Of a stretch of DNA of 64,000 bases, positions 38,486 to 47,122 are shown one piece after another. Positions within the stretch are counted from its first letter, which is position 1, and every line of letters begins with the position of its first letter. The stretch lies in contig JAEWTL010000038.1 in the NCBI GenBank assembly GCA_023459495.1, positions 113,321 to 177,320 of the forward strand, read 5' to 3'. The notes below the pieces were generated by a model, which worked only from the letters and a program-made list of their open reading frames with translations, had not been told where the DNA came from and made no database searches. The stretch comes from Bacillota bacterium. GTDB taxonomy: Bacteria > Bacillota > Clostridia > Christensenellales > SZUA-584. The position numbers and the translations under genes were made by a program.

Positions 38486-39369
38486 TTCTGCACCCCCTTA
38501 GCATTATCGCGTGATAGCTTCTTTTTCAGGAATGCGTAAATCTTCTTTACGGAAAATTCCTTATAACCCAGCAAACCCGAGGGACGTAGAATGATGATGA
38601 GCACAACGGCCAGGCCGTAGAAAAACATTCGATAGTTCGCAAGGGACCGGAAAATTTCCGGCAATATCGTAACCACCAGCGAACCCAGAATGGACCCGGT
38701 CAAACTGCCCAGTCCGCCGATAACCACCGTAATGGTGAGCTCTGCCGATTTGGGAAGGTTAAACATCACGGGAGAAAGGAACATCAGGTTGTGCGCATAC
38801 AGCGCGCCTGCCCAGCCGGCAAACATTGCGCTGAACACGAACGCCATCTTCTTGCTCCTTGTAATGTTGATACCGACTGACTCTGCAGCAATTTCCTGCT
38901 CTCTGATCGCAGTAAAGTTACGGCCATACTTTGAGTGCACCAATGTCCACGCAATGATGATGGCCAGCACAAGGCTGATGAGCGCTACGGGCAGCGTTGT
39001 GTAATTGGGAATTCCCGACAGCCCCTGTGATCCGCCTGTGACCGGCGTAATATAATTGAAGAGCACGCGGATACATTCTCCGAAACCTAAGGTCGTAATT
39101 AAAAAGTAGTCACCTTTTAACTTCAAGGTCAGGGAGCCCAGCAGGTAACTGATAAAGCCCGCTGCGAAAATACCCGCTAAGATCGCCACAACGAACGGTA
39201 CACCCAACCGTGTGGTTAAAAGCGCCGAGGTGTACGCACCGATAGACATGAATCCAGCATTGCCGAAGGAAAATAACCGGGTAAAGCCTGTTAATACGGA
39301 AATACCTAATACGGCGATAATATTGATGCAGATTACTATGATAATACCCTGAGTATAATCAGAAAACAT
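38482..39369 (-). CDS. LivM-type ABC permease
   Basis: 295 aa, polytopic. BPD_transp_2-type sequence (FGNAGFMSIGAYT). Confidence 0.85.
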   Translation of the reverse strand: MFSDYTQGIIIVICINIIAVLGISVLTGFTRLFSFGNAGFMSIGAYTSALLTTRLGVPFVVAILAGIFAAGFISYLLGSLTLKLKGDYFLITTLGFGECIRVLFNYITPVTGGSQGLSGIPNYTTLPVALISLVLAIIIAWTLVHSKYGRNFTAIREQEIAAESVGINITRSKKMAFVFSAMFAGWAGALYAHNLMFLSPVMFNLPKSAELTITVVIGGLGSLTGSILGSLVVTILPEIFRSLANYRMFFYGLAVVLIIILRPSGLLGYKEFSVKKIYAFLKKKLSRDNAKGVQK

Positions 39370-39386
39370 CGATCTGGTTCTCCTTT

Positions 39387-40259
39387 CTAGGCTTTCTCTT
39401 CTACATCAACACCCATCAAGCCGCTAGGTTTGATCAAAAGGATCGCAATGAGTAAGGTAAATGTGATCAGATCACGCAATCCGGAGTTGAGGTAACCGGA
39501 AACCATTACCTCGATAACGCCGATTATGATTGCACCGACAATTGCTCCCCGAACGCTGCCCAGGCCGCCAAATACGGAAGCAATGAACGCTTTGAGTCCG
39601 ATATTGCCCATCGTCGGATATACATTGTACTTTAGGCCCAGCAGAACACCCGCTACACCGGCAAGCGCACCGGCAATCATGAACACTGCAGCAAACGTCT
39701 TGTTAACATTTATTCCTAATAATCCGGCAGTCGAGCTGTTTGAAGCAATTGCCCGTACGCCAAGACCAAACTTTGACTTTGTAATAACGATCTCAAGTAT
39801 AATCAGCGCTACCGCTGCAACCCCTAATGTAATCAGATCCAAGAGACCAATACGCAGGTCTCCGATGCTGATTGAAGAAAGGGGCAGAACCGGCGGGAAC
39901 TGCTGAAATTTTGCGCCAAACAGAAGCATTGCTCCGTTTTGAAACACGATGGAAATGCCCATCGCCGCAATCATCAGAAACATGGTTGGAGATTTATTTT
40001 CACGAATTCGCCGATATCCCAGTCTCTCGTTCAAAAAGCTGATAACGCCCGCGCCCAATATGCCTATGATCGCTGCCACTATAAAAGGCAGTTTTAATGA
40101 TGCTACGAATAGCAATGAGATGTACGCACCCGCCATCGCAACCTCACCGTGTGCCCAGTTGGAAAAACCCAGCAAACTGTAGATGAGCGCATATCCGGAC
40201 GCAATCAAAGCATAAACACCGCCGACTGAAATCCCGTTAATAAGCTGTTGTAGAAACAT
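39387..40259 (-). CDS. LivH-type ABC permease
   Basis: 290 aa. MFLQQLINGISVGGVYALIASGYALIY is the classic LivH N-terminus. Confidence 0.88.
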   Translation of the reverse strand: MFLQQLINGISVGGVYALIASGYALIYSLLGFSNWAHGEVAMAGAYISLLFVASLKLPFIVAAIIGILGAGVISFLNERLGYRRIRENKSPTMFLMIAAMGISIVFQNGAMLLFGAKFQQFPPVLPLSSISIGDLRIGLLDLITLGVAAVALIILEIVITKSKFGLGVRAIASNSSTAGLLGINVNKTFAAVFMIAGALAGVAGVLLGLKYNVYPTMGNIGLKAFIASVFGGLGSVRGAIVGAIIIGVIEVMVSGYLNSGLRDLITFTLLIAILLIKPSGLMGVDVEEKA

Positions 40260-40277
40260 ATTCTTACCCCTCGTGTT

Positions 40278-40320
40278 AACAAGGGTGGGGGGGAGGAATA
40301 AATCCCCCCTGCCCTTTGTT
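40278..40320 (-). promoter_or_regulatory. Imperfect G/C-rich stem-loop after the binding-protein gene
   Basis: AACAAGGGTGGGGGGG...CCCCCCTGCCCTTTGTT, with a few mismatches. It lies between the binding-protein stop and the livH-like start. Confidence 0.5.
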
Positions 40321-40357
40321 ACTAGACCCTACTGAGTCAGTTTATCGTATCAGCCGA

Positions 40358-41575
40358 TTACTGATACATTTCAACGTATACTTCGTTTTCGCCTTCGATC
40401 GTGAAGATCGCAAGCTCTCTCTGCGGGTTGTGAGTTGCCGGATCAATCGACATTTCGCCAATCAGACCCTTGAAGGAAGTGGTGTTTTCCAGTGCGTCAC
40501 GGAGAACTTCAGGATCCGTGGAACCAGTCTGCTCGATGCACTGAACGATCCAGAGGAGGCCATCGTTTCCAAAGAGGCATTCGCCTTCCAGAGCGATGTT
40601 ATACTCAGCCTGATATTCTTCGCCGTAAGCTTTGGCTTCCGGTGTGTTAAATCCAGGACGCGAGCAGAAGATTGCACCTTCCAGCGCACCGCCGGCCAGG
40701 GTGGGCAGTTCCATGGAATCCCAACCGTCGAAGCCGACAAACTGACAGGTCAGACCGAGCTCTCTCGCCTGCTTGGCAATCAGGGCCACATCGCTGTAAA
40801 TCCAGGGGATGAACAGGACTTCAGGATCAGCCTGAGCGATCTTGGAAAGCTGCGCACGGTAATCGTTGTCGCCAGAGTTCGCTTCTTCGCTCGCAACGAT
40901 CGTGCCGCCGCCCGCTTCGAAAGCATCCACAGCATACTTGGAAACGCCCACGGAGTAAGAGTCGCCAATGTTCGTCAGGATCGCAGCCGATTTAACGCCC
41001 TTATCCAGCATGTACTGAGCCATCTTCGTTCCCTGGAAGGAATCGATGAAGCACAGACGGAAGGAATACGGATGCAGGTTTCCGTTTTCGTCCACAGTCA
41101 CCAGCTCGTTGGAGCAAGCCGTGCCGATGAGCGGAATCTTTTTAACATCCGCAACAGCCGCCATGGGGATGTTGCAGCTTGAGAAGTTCGTGCCGACAAC
41201 CGCGATGACATTGTACTCGTCAACGAGCTTGTTGTAAGCATTAACGGAGTCCTGCGGATCGCCGCGTCCGTCGAGACCGATGACTTCAATCTGTCTTCCC
41301 AGCACACCACCAGCCGCATTGATCTTCTTTGCGGTTAAAAGCATGCCGTTAAGTCCAGCCTGGCCCCAAAGTGCGGTATCGCCGGAGAGGGCAGAAACAT
41401 AACCGATTTTAATGGTTTCTGTATCTGCGGAGGCCGAAGAGTCAGCGGGTGCCGAAGCCTCAGTTGAGGTTGAAACTTCCGTGCCGGACGTATTCGACGA
41501 AGCAGCCGAATTACAACCCGCAAACAGAGACACAACCAAGGACAGGATTGCAATAATAGCAATCATTTTTTTCAT
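40358..41575 (-). CDS. Liv-type (Peripla_BP_6-like) substrate-binding lipoprotein
   Basis: 405 aa. Lipobox LFAGCN, a Ser/Thr-rich linker, and IKIGYVSALSGDTALWG, typical of LivJ/K-like binding proteins. Confidence 0.85.
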   Translation of the reverse strand: MKKMIAIIAILSLVVSLFAGCNSAASSNTSGTEVSTSTEASAPADSSASADTETIKIGYVSALSGDTALWGQAGLNGMLLTAKKINAAGGVLGRQIEVIGLDGRGDPQDSVNAYNKLVDEYNVIAVVGTNFSSCNIPMAAVADVKKIPLIGTACSNELVTVDENGNLHPYSFRLCFIDSFQGTKMAQYMLDKGVKSAAILTNIGDSYSVGVSKYAVDAFEAGGGTIVASEEANSGDNDYRAQLSKIAQADPEVLFIPWIYSDVALIAKQARELGLTCQFVGFDGWDSMELPTLAGGALEGAIFCSRPGFNTPEAKAYGEEYQAEYNIALEGECLFGNDGLLWIVQCIEQTGSTDPEVLRDALENTTSFKGLIGEMSIDPATHNPQRELAIFTIEGENEVYVEMYQ

Positions 41576-41634
41576 AGGGTTCTTTCCTCCTCATTTTTTA
41601 TAAGAAGTGTTAATACACTTCAGACTGAATTCAA

Positions 41635-42576
41635 TTACTCGGATGCCAACCTTTTTTCCAGCTCTTTGGCTATTGAAGTATCGATCACAAGAATATCGAT
41701 ACAGCCCGTTTTAAGGGCGCCATACACTGCATCCGATTTTCCCTTTTCACCTGCAATTGCGACAACGGTCGGTATCTTCTGGAGCGTATCCATATCAACT
41801 CCCACCACGCGGTCCTGCAATTGAAGCGTGCCAAAGTCGCCATCTTTCTTGAAATGATTGAAGCATATATCCCCTATATATCCTGCCTCAATCAACCTGC
41901 TGCGGTCATCATCGCTTAAAAAGCCTTCGGCTACAATCGTTGACTTGTCGCTAAGCTCGCCGACACCCATAATGGCGATGTTGCATTCCTTGATTCTTTC
42001 AAAAGCCTGTTTATAGAAATCTTCTTTGGCCATCTCTTTGACCAGTTCACTGCTCATGGTGGCAGGCGCATAGAGTATGCTGTAATCGCATCCAAGCTTC
42101 ATTGCAAGCATGCGCGTAATTTCATCCGGTTTGATGGAGTGGTTGGAGGTGTTGACTCCGCCAACCAGTTGAACGACATGGCTGTTGGCCTTATTGGCCG
42201 GGCGCATATACCGTATGGTTTCACCCAGCGTGATTCCCCAGGAGACGCCGATTTTATCGCCATCCTGAATAAAATCATCCAGAAACTCCCCGGCCTTCTT
42301 TCCGAGTACATTCAATACGGGCAGATCGCTTTGTTCGGTATCAGCAATGATAACCTGCTTAAGGGAAAACCGCTGTTCGATCAAGCTTTCTAAAACTACA
42401 TCTTCGCTTTCTAAACCGTTAATGGTAATGCTGACAATGCCGTCCTCAATAAGTGAATTAACAAGCTTATTAACCCTTTGGCGGGACATGTGAAGCTTAT
42501 TTGCAATCTGTTCCTGGGTCATACCCACTTTGTAGTACCAGTATGCAATTTTGACCAGCGTCTTTCTTTCAAGCAT
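41635..42576 (-). CDS. SorC/DeoR(CggR)-family sugar-binding transcriptional regulator
   Basis: 313 aa. N-terminal HTH (GMTQEQIANKLHMSRQRVNKLV) plus a sugar-phosphate-binding-type domain. It is the first gene of the minus-strand string. Confidence 0.82.
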   Translation of the reverse strand: MLERKTLVKIAYWYYKVGMTQEQIANKLHMSRQRVNKLVNSLIEDGIVSITINGLESEDVVLESLIEQRFSLKQVIIADTEQSDLPVLNVLGKKAGEFLDDFIQDGDKIGVSWGITLGETIRYMRPANKANSHVVQLVGGVNTSNHSIKPDEITRMLAMKLGCDYSILYAPATMSSELVKEMAKEDFYKQAFERIKECNIAIMGVGELSDKSTIVAEGFLSDDDRSRLIEAGYIGDICFNHFKKDGDFGTLQLQDRVVGVDMDTLQKIPTVVAIAGEKGKSDAVYGALKTGCIDILVIDTSIAKELEKRLASE

Positions 42577-42602
42577 CTCTTACATCATCCTTTGCTAAGA
42601 AA

Positions 42603-42748
42603 TTACCTTTGTCAATCTACCTTACATTTGTCGCCATATGGTTGTTTTAATATATCTTCGTTCAATGGTCTGCTCATAAATAATTAACTAAATTAAACTA
42701 TTCGGGAATTACTTGGTACATTTGTCGTCTTGCCTTACATTTGTCACC
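42603..42748. promoter_or_regulatory. Four direct copies of TAC(A/C)TTTGTC in the divergent intergenic region (candidate operator array)
   Basis: TTACCTTTGTCA (about 42603-42614), CCTTACATTTGTCGCC (42620-42635), TACATTTGTCG (42717-42727), CCTTACATTTGTCACC (42733-42748). All are immediately upstream of the SorC-family gene. Confidence 0.55.
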
Positions 42749-42826
42749 CATCGCGTAACATGTATATTATAATATCACGCTTTAACCAAAGTCAATATAT
42801 AAATTTTATTGTTTTATCCCCGGCAC

Positions 42827-42855
42827 TTGACAGTATATACATGATGAAATAATAT
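42827..42855 (+). promoter_or_regulatory. Sigma-70/SigA-type promoter for ilvB
   Basis: TTGACA (42827-42832), a 17-nt spacer, then TAATAT (42850-42855). It sits about 190 nt upstream of the ilvB ATG. Confidence 0.6.
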
Positions 42856-43045
42856 ATTAAAAACTTGAAGAAGGGGTAGCAGGCACTCCGCACCCGCAGA
42901 TAATACAGTGCCTTATTACCGAAAATAAGTTATAAAAGTCGGGATAACAAGGAAATAATTTACCCAACAATTGATATCTGATTATTTGAATTTATTATTC
43001 GCAGTCAGGTGCTTAATCAATAATAAAATGATTGGAGTAGCTCAC

Positions 43046-44665
43046 ATGAATGGTGCGAATGCGTTAATCAAAATTCTGGAGGACGAAGGGGTCGAGATCA
43101 TATTCGGGTATCCGGGCGGAGCTGTTCTTCCTTTATATGATGCGTTGCTTCACTCAAAAATAAAGCATGTCCTGACACGGACCGAACAGTCTGCCGCACA
43201 TGCCGCTTGCAGCTACGCCAGAAGCTCGAACCACGTCGGTGTTTGTTTAGCCACATCCGGCCCCGGCGCAACCAACCTGATCACCGGCATCGCAAACGCA
43301 TATTTGGATTCGACGCCGCTTGTGGCCATTACAGGCCAGGTGGCAACGGACTTGATCGGACATGATGTTTTTCAGGAAGTGGATATCGTCGGCGCGACCA
43401 CTCCTTTCACAAAACAGAATTATCTTGTTAAGGACGCCGCAGATATCCCCCGTATTGTAAAGGAAGCATTTTATATCGCTTCGACAGGACGCAAGGGGCC
43501 GGTGCTTATCGATTTCCCCATCGACGTGCAGAAGAAAGTCAAGAATTTCAATTTTGATGTGGAAACTCAATTGCGCAGCTATAAACCGAATACTGAGCCG
43601 AACTTTAAACAGCTGAAAAAGCTGGAGGAAGCGATTAAGAGCAGCTCCCGGCCGCTCCTGTGCGTCGGGGGTGGCTGCATGCTGTCGAACGTTTCCGATA
43701 AGATATTGGCACTGTCAAATAGAATACACGCGCCGTTCGTTACAACGTTGCTGGGTATCGGCGCGGTCCCCACAGATCATGAGAGCTGTTTGGGAATGAT
43801 CGGCCAGAGCGGGTTGTATGCGGCGAACAATGCGGTGGAAGCTGCTGACCTGGTTATTGTACTTGGCGCAAGGCTGGGCGACAGGGCGACCGGTAAATCA
43901 AACACCTTTGCCAAAAAAGCGAAGATCGTACATATCGACATTGACCCCGCTGAGATCGGGAAAAACCATGATACCTACATTCCAATCGTGGGAGACCTGA
44001 ATATTACATTGTCCAGATTGCTGGATATGGATATCGACAAAGAGACTTCGGCATGGGCTGCAGATATTCAGGAATGGAAACAATACGAGGAGTCCACGGG
44101 GGCTAACTGCGATTATGCGATCGATCCGAAAGCGATATTGGATCGCCTGTCCGACAAAGCCAATGAGAACGTGATATTGACGACCGATGTGGGCCAGCAC
44201 CAGATTTGGGCGGGACGGTTTTATAAAACAAAGGGGCCCGGCGCGTTTATTACAAGCGGTGGGCTGGGAACGATGGCGTTCTCACTTCCATCCGCGATCG
44301 GTGCAAAATTGGCAAATCCGGACAAAAGGGTGGTTACCATCGCGGGTGACGGCGGTTTCCAGATGTGTCTGAACGAGCTGGCCACCATCAGGCAGGAAGA
44401 CCTCAAGATCGGCATTGCTCTTTTTAACAACAACCGCCTGGGTATGGTGAGGGAGCTGCAGCAGATGTACTGCGAGTCCAGATACAGCCAGATCGAGCTG
44501 AGATGCAATCCCGATTTCTCCATGATTGCGGCGGCTTACGGTATTGATTATTATAAGGTAACAAGCTTGGATCAAATCGAGGTGGCAATTGACCACTTGC
44601 TGAATCCCGCGGAGCTGGTTATCGTAGAGTTTGCCGTCGACCCGAATGCCAATGTAAATCCATAA
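43046..44665 (+). CDS. ilvB: Acetolactate synthase large subunit
   Basis: MNGANALIKILEDEGVEIIFGYPGGAVLPLYDA and the TPP motif GDGGFQM. Start set at the ATG at 43046, with GGAG 8 nt upstream. Confidence 0.92.
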   Translation: MNGANALIKILEDEGVEIIFGYPGGAVLPLYDALLHSKIKHVLTRTEQSAAHAACSYARSSNHVGVCLATSGPGATNLITGIANAYLDSTPLVAITGQVATDLIGHDVFQEVDIVGATTPFTKQNYLVKDAADIPRIVKEAFYIASTGRKGPVLIDFPIDVQKKVKNFNFDVETQLRSYKPNTEPNFKQLKKLEEAIKSSSRPLLCVGGGCMLSNVSDKILALSNRIHAPFVTTLLGIGAVPTDHESCLGMIGQSGLYAANNAVEAADLVIVLGARLGDRATGKSNTFAKKAKIVHIDIDPAEIGKNHDTYIPIVGDLNITLSRLLDMDIDKETSAWAADIQEWKQYEESTGANCDYAIDPKAILDRLSDKANENVILTTDVGQHQIWAGRFYKTKGPGAFITSGGLGTMAFSLPSAIGAKLANPDKRVVTIAGDGGFQMCLNELATIRQEDLKIGIALFNNNRLGMVRELQQMYCESRYSQIELRCNPDFSMIAAAYGIDYYKVTSLDQIEVAIDHLLNPAELVIVEFAVDPNANVNP

Positions 44666-44681
44666 AGGAAGGTTTAAAGTC

Positions 44682-45170
44682 ATGAAGCATATACTTTCCG
44701 TGTTAGTTGAAAACAGAGCAGGCGTTTTGTATAAAGTGGCCGGAATGTTTGGCCGGCGCGCTTTTAACATCGAGTCGCTTGTTGTCGGCGTCACCCAGGA
44801 CCCTATGGTCTCAAGAATGACCATCGTGGTAGATGGGGATGACAACAATGTGGAGCAGATGACAAAGCAGCTTCACAAATTGATTGACGTAATTAAGATC
44901 AGTGATATATCCAAAACTGCTATCTCTCGTCAGTTTGCCTTTATCAAAATTCGATGCACTCCGGAAAAGCGCAATGAAATCGTGCTTCTGGCCAACATCG
45001 TTGACGCAAAGGTCGTGGATATCACCCCGGAAACGATTACTCTGGAGATTACCGGGGATGAAGAAAAGCTCGGGAATATGAAAACCCTGTTTGAAAAATA
45101 TAATGTAGCTGAAATGGTTCAGACGGGTATTGTTTCAATTGAAAAAGGAACCAATTCGCTAAGGGTGTAA
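44682..45170 (+). CDS. ilvN: Acetolactate synthase small (regulatory, ACT-domain) subunit
   Basis: 162 aa. MKHILSVLVENRAGVLYKVAGMFGRRAFNIESL. Confidence 0.92.
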   Translation: MKHILSVLVENRAGVLYKVAGMFGRRAFNIESLVVGVTQDPMVSRMTIVVDGDDNNVEQMTKQLHKLIDVIKISDISKTAISRQFAFIKIRCTPEKRNEIVLLANIVDAKVVDITPETITLEITGDEEKLGNMKTLFEKYNVAEMVQTGIVSIEKGTNSLRV

Positions 45171-45205
45171 CCCGAAAGACCATAACTATATTGGAGGACG
45201 TACTA

Positions 45206-45589
45206 ATGAATAAAGAAACCGTAAATACAAGTTCGGCGCCAGCCGCTATCGGGCCATATTCACAAGCGATAACAGTGGGCGGCATGGTTTTCACATCCGG
45301 GCAAATATCGATCAATCCGGCAAATGGCGAGGTGGAGCGCGGAGATATCCGTTCGCAAACAACACGCGTGCTGGAGAATCTCAGTGCAGTGCTGGCCGCA
45401 GCGGGCGCATCCTTGGAAACGGTCGTTAAAACCACTGTTTTCCTGAAGTCAATGGATGACTTTGCCGAGATGAACAGCGTCTACAGCGGATTTTTCAGTA
45501 ATCAACCACCGGCCAGATCCTGCGTACAGATCTCCATGCTGCCCAAGGATGTGCTTGTAGAGATTGAGGCTGTTGCCTATCAAAATTGA
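45206..45589 (+). CDS. ridA: RidA/YjgF-family reactive enamine/imine deaminase
   Basis: APAAIGPYSQA and the family C-terminal motif (ARSCVQISMLPKDVLVEIEAVA). Start at the ATG at 45206, after GGAGGA. Confidence 0.88.
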   Translation: MNKETVNTSSAPAAIGPYSQAITVGGMVFTSGQISINPANGEVERGDIRSQTTRVLENLSAVLAAAGASLETVVKTTVFLKSMDDFAEMNSVYSGFFSNQPPARSCVQISMLPKDVLVEIEAVAYQN

Positions 45590-45679
45590 TAAATAGGAAT
45601 CATGCTTATTTGCAATAACTTTGAATTGGATTACAGGATTACTTTTGAATGTTACTAAAAATAACAAGGAGTAATTAAA

Positions 45680-46156
45680 ATGGAGATTAAAGATTGGGTA
45701 TTACTGTTGATTCCAATTCTTTTTAATGGAATCATTATTTACTTTATTCAAGCATATTTTCAGAGAAAGCTCAAACAAGATGAACATAAACATGAAATAA
45801 AAAGGAAGATTAACAATAAATTTTTTTCATTATTGCTTGAAGTAAAAAATAATTTTAGACGGTTGGGATACCTACTGCAAGAGAATCCAAATTACACCAA
45901 GCTTTTTGAGGAGTATCTTTCAGAATTTAATCAGAGTATTCGAAAGTCATTAGATTACTATGGTGACTATAAACTATATTTAAATGATTTTTCTTCAGAA
46001 ATAGTAACCTTAGACTCTACTTTCGAAGAATATATAAGCTATGGTCTCATGCACCAACAACTTGATAACATAAGCAGAAAAAAGCTTCAGGATTATATAA
46101 ACAGATTGTTTCAATTAATATGCCATGCTTCTGATCGGCATCTTGAAAACATTTAG
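45680..46156 (+). CDS. Hypothetical protein with one N-terminal transmembrane helix, encoded in an AT-rich islet
   Basis: 158 aa. AAGGAG RBS upstream. N-terminal helix WVLLLIPILFNGIIIYFIQAYF, followed by a Lys/Glu/Asn-rich helical region. I recognise no family. Confidence 0.55.
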   Translation: MEIKDWVLLLIPILFNGIIIYFIQAYFQRKLKQDEHKHEIKRKINNKFFSLLLEVKNNFRRLGYLLQENPNYTKLFEEYLSEFNQSIRKSLDYYGDYKLYLNDFSSEIVTLDSTFEEYISYGLMHQQLDNISRKKLQDYINRLFQLICHASDRHLENI

Positions 46157-46261
46157 CTACATAACTTTTTAAGTACTACTTACCGACCGTAAACCATTCA
46201 TATAACTGGATTTCACCCAGTCCTATAATTTCACTCCGGCCAACCGATTGGTCATATTCAC

Positions 46262-47122
46262 TTACGATATAAAATATCCGTGGACGCTTTCCACCTCCTG
46301 CGGAAGCGCAGCGGCCACGGCCTGCGCATCGGTTTCCGTGACACCCGCAAGGCTCAGAATATGCGGACTGATGGTGTGGCTTGTGCTCAAGCCCAGCAGC
46401 TTCTCGTAATACATCGTGCTGATGGTATCGGCAACGTGGATGAGGCGGACCTCAGCAGCATTCGGCCCCGCGAGAAACGGAGCATGATGGTGCTCGACGA
46501 TACCCGTTATATCCTCCCGGATACCCCACCGCCGGCACAGCCACGCGCCCACCTCGGCATGCGTCAGCCCACCCAGCAGGGAACGTTCCGCCACGAGCTG
46601 ATGGATGCCGTCCGACACCCTGACAGCGATCTCGTCAATCAGGTCCGGCAGGCAGGCGTCCAGCAGCGCAATGCCGATATCGTGGATGAGGCCGTAGGTG
46701 AAGAATTTATACCGATCCCCCTGTTTGGTCCGCGCAGACAGCATGCTGCCCGCTACAGATGTGCCGATAACGTGCTTCCAGTAGCGGGGCATATCGAACG
46801 ACCGCTTTTTTCCGCGCGGCCCGTCAGGAAACAGCAGGCGGGATATGAAGAACACAGTGAGGTTCTGCACCGCCTGCATGCCGAGATAAACCACCGCTTC
46901 CCGGACGGAGGCGAGCTTCTTGTTGATATGATAATAACCGGAGTTGAGGTTGGCGAGCATCAACGCATTGAGCTGCTCGTTTTGGGAGACCTTTTCCGCC
47001 AGCACGTCAATATCGGTTTCCAAAGGGTTTTTCAGCATGGCCAGAATCTCGCTGATGCTTTGGGGAAGCTCTGGAAGCGAGCCTGAGTTCTCCAATAGTT
47101 TGAACAGTGTGTCCTTATCCAT
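46262..47122 (-). CDS. HDOD-domain signalling protein
   Basis: 286 aa. LPELPQSISEILAML, GLIHDIGIALL, VEHHHAP. Confidence 0.75.
   Translation of the reverse strand: MDKDTLFKLLENSGSLPELPQSISEILAMLKNPLETDIDVLAEKVSQNEQLNALMLANLNSGYYHINKKLASVREAVVYLGMQAVQNLTVFFISRLLFPDGPRGKKRSFDMPRYWKHVIGTSVAGSMLSARTKQGDRYKFFTYGLIHDIGIALLDACLPDLIDEIAVRVSDGIHQLVAERSLLGGLTHAEVGAWLCRRWGIREDITGIVEHHHAPFLAGPNAAEVRLIHVADTISTMYYEKLLGLSTSHTISPHILSLAGVTETDAQAVAAALPQEVESVHGYFIS

Noticed and set aside
42577-43045. Global strand switch (nearly all genes on the minus strand to the left, mostly plus to the right) around a 470-nt AT-rich intergenic region: possible replication origin.
   Set aside because: I see no cluster of DnaA boxes (TTATCCACA-like); there is only one weak TTATCCCC. 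No dnaA, dnaN or other origin-linked genes are present. The region is adequately explained by divergent promoters plus operator repeats. A genome-wide cumulative GC-skew plot would settle it.
42856-43045. Roughly 190-nt leader upstream of ilvB: looked for a T-box riboswitch or a Leu/Ile/Val-rich leader peptide.
   Set aside because: I found no T-box consensus (no AGAGA/GNUGGNA-type elements or the conserved 14-nt T-box sequence), no terminator with a U-tract, and no leader ORF rich in branched-chain codons. Only a short GGCACT...AGTGCC hairpin is present. A covariance-model scan (Rfam) would be decisive.
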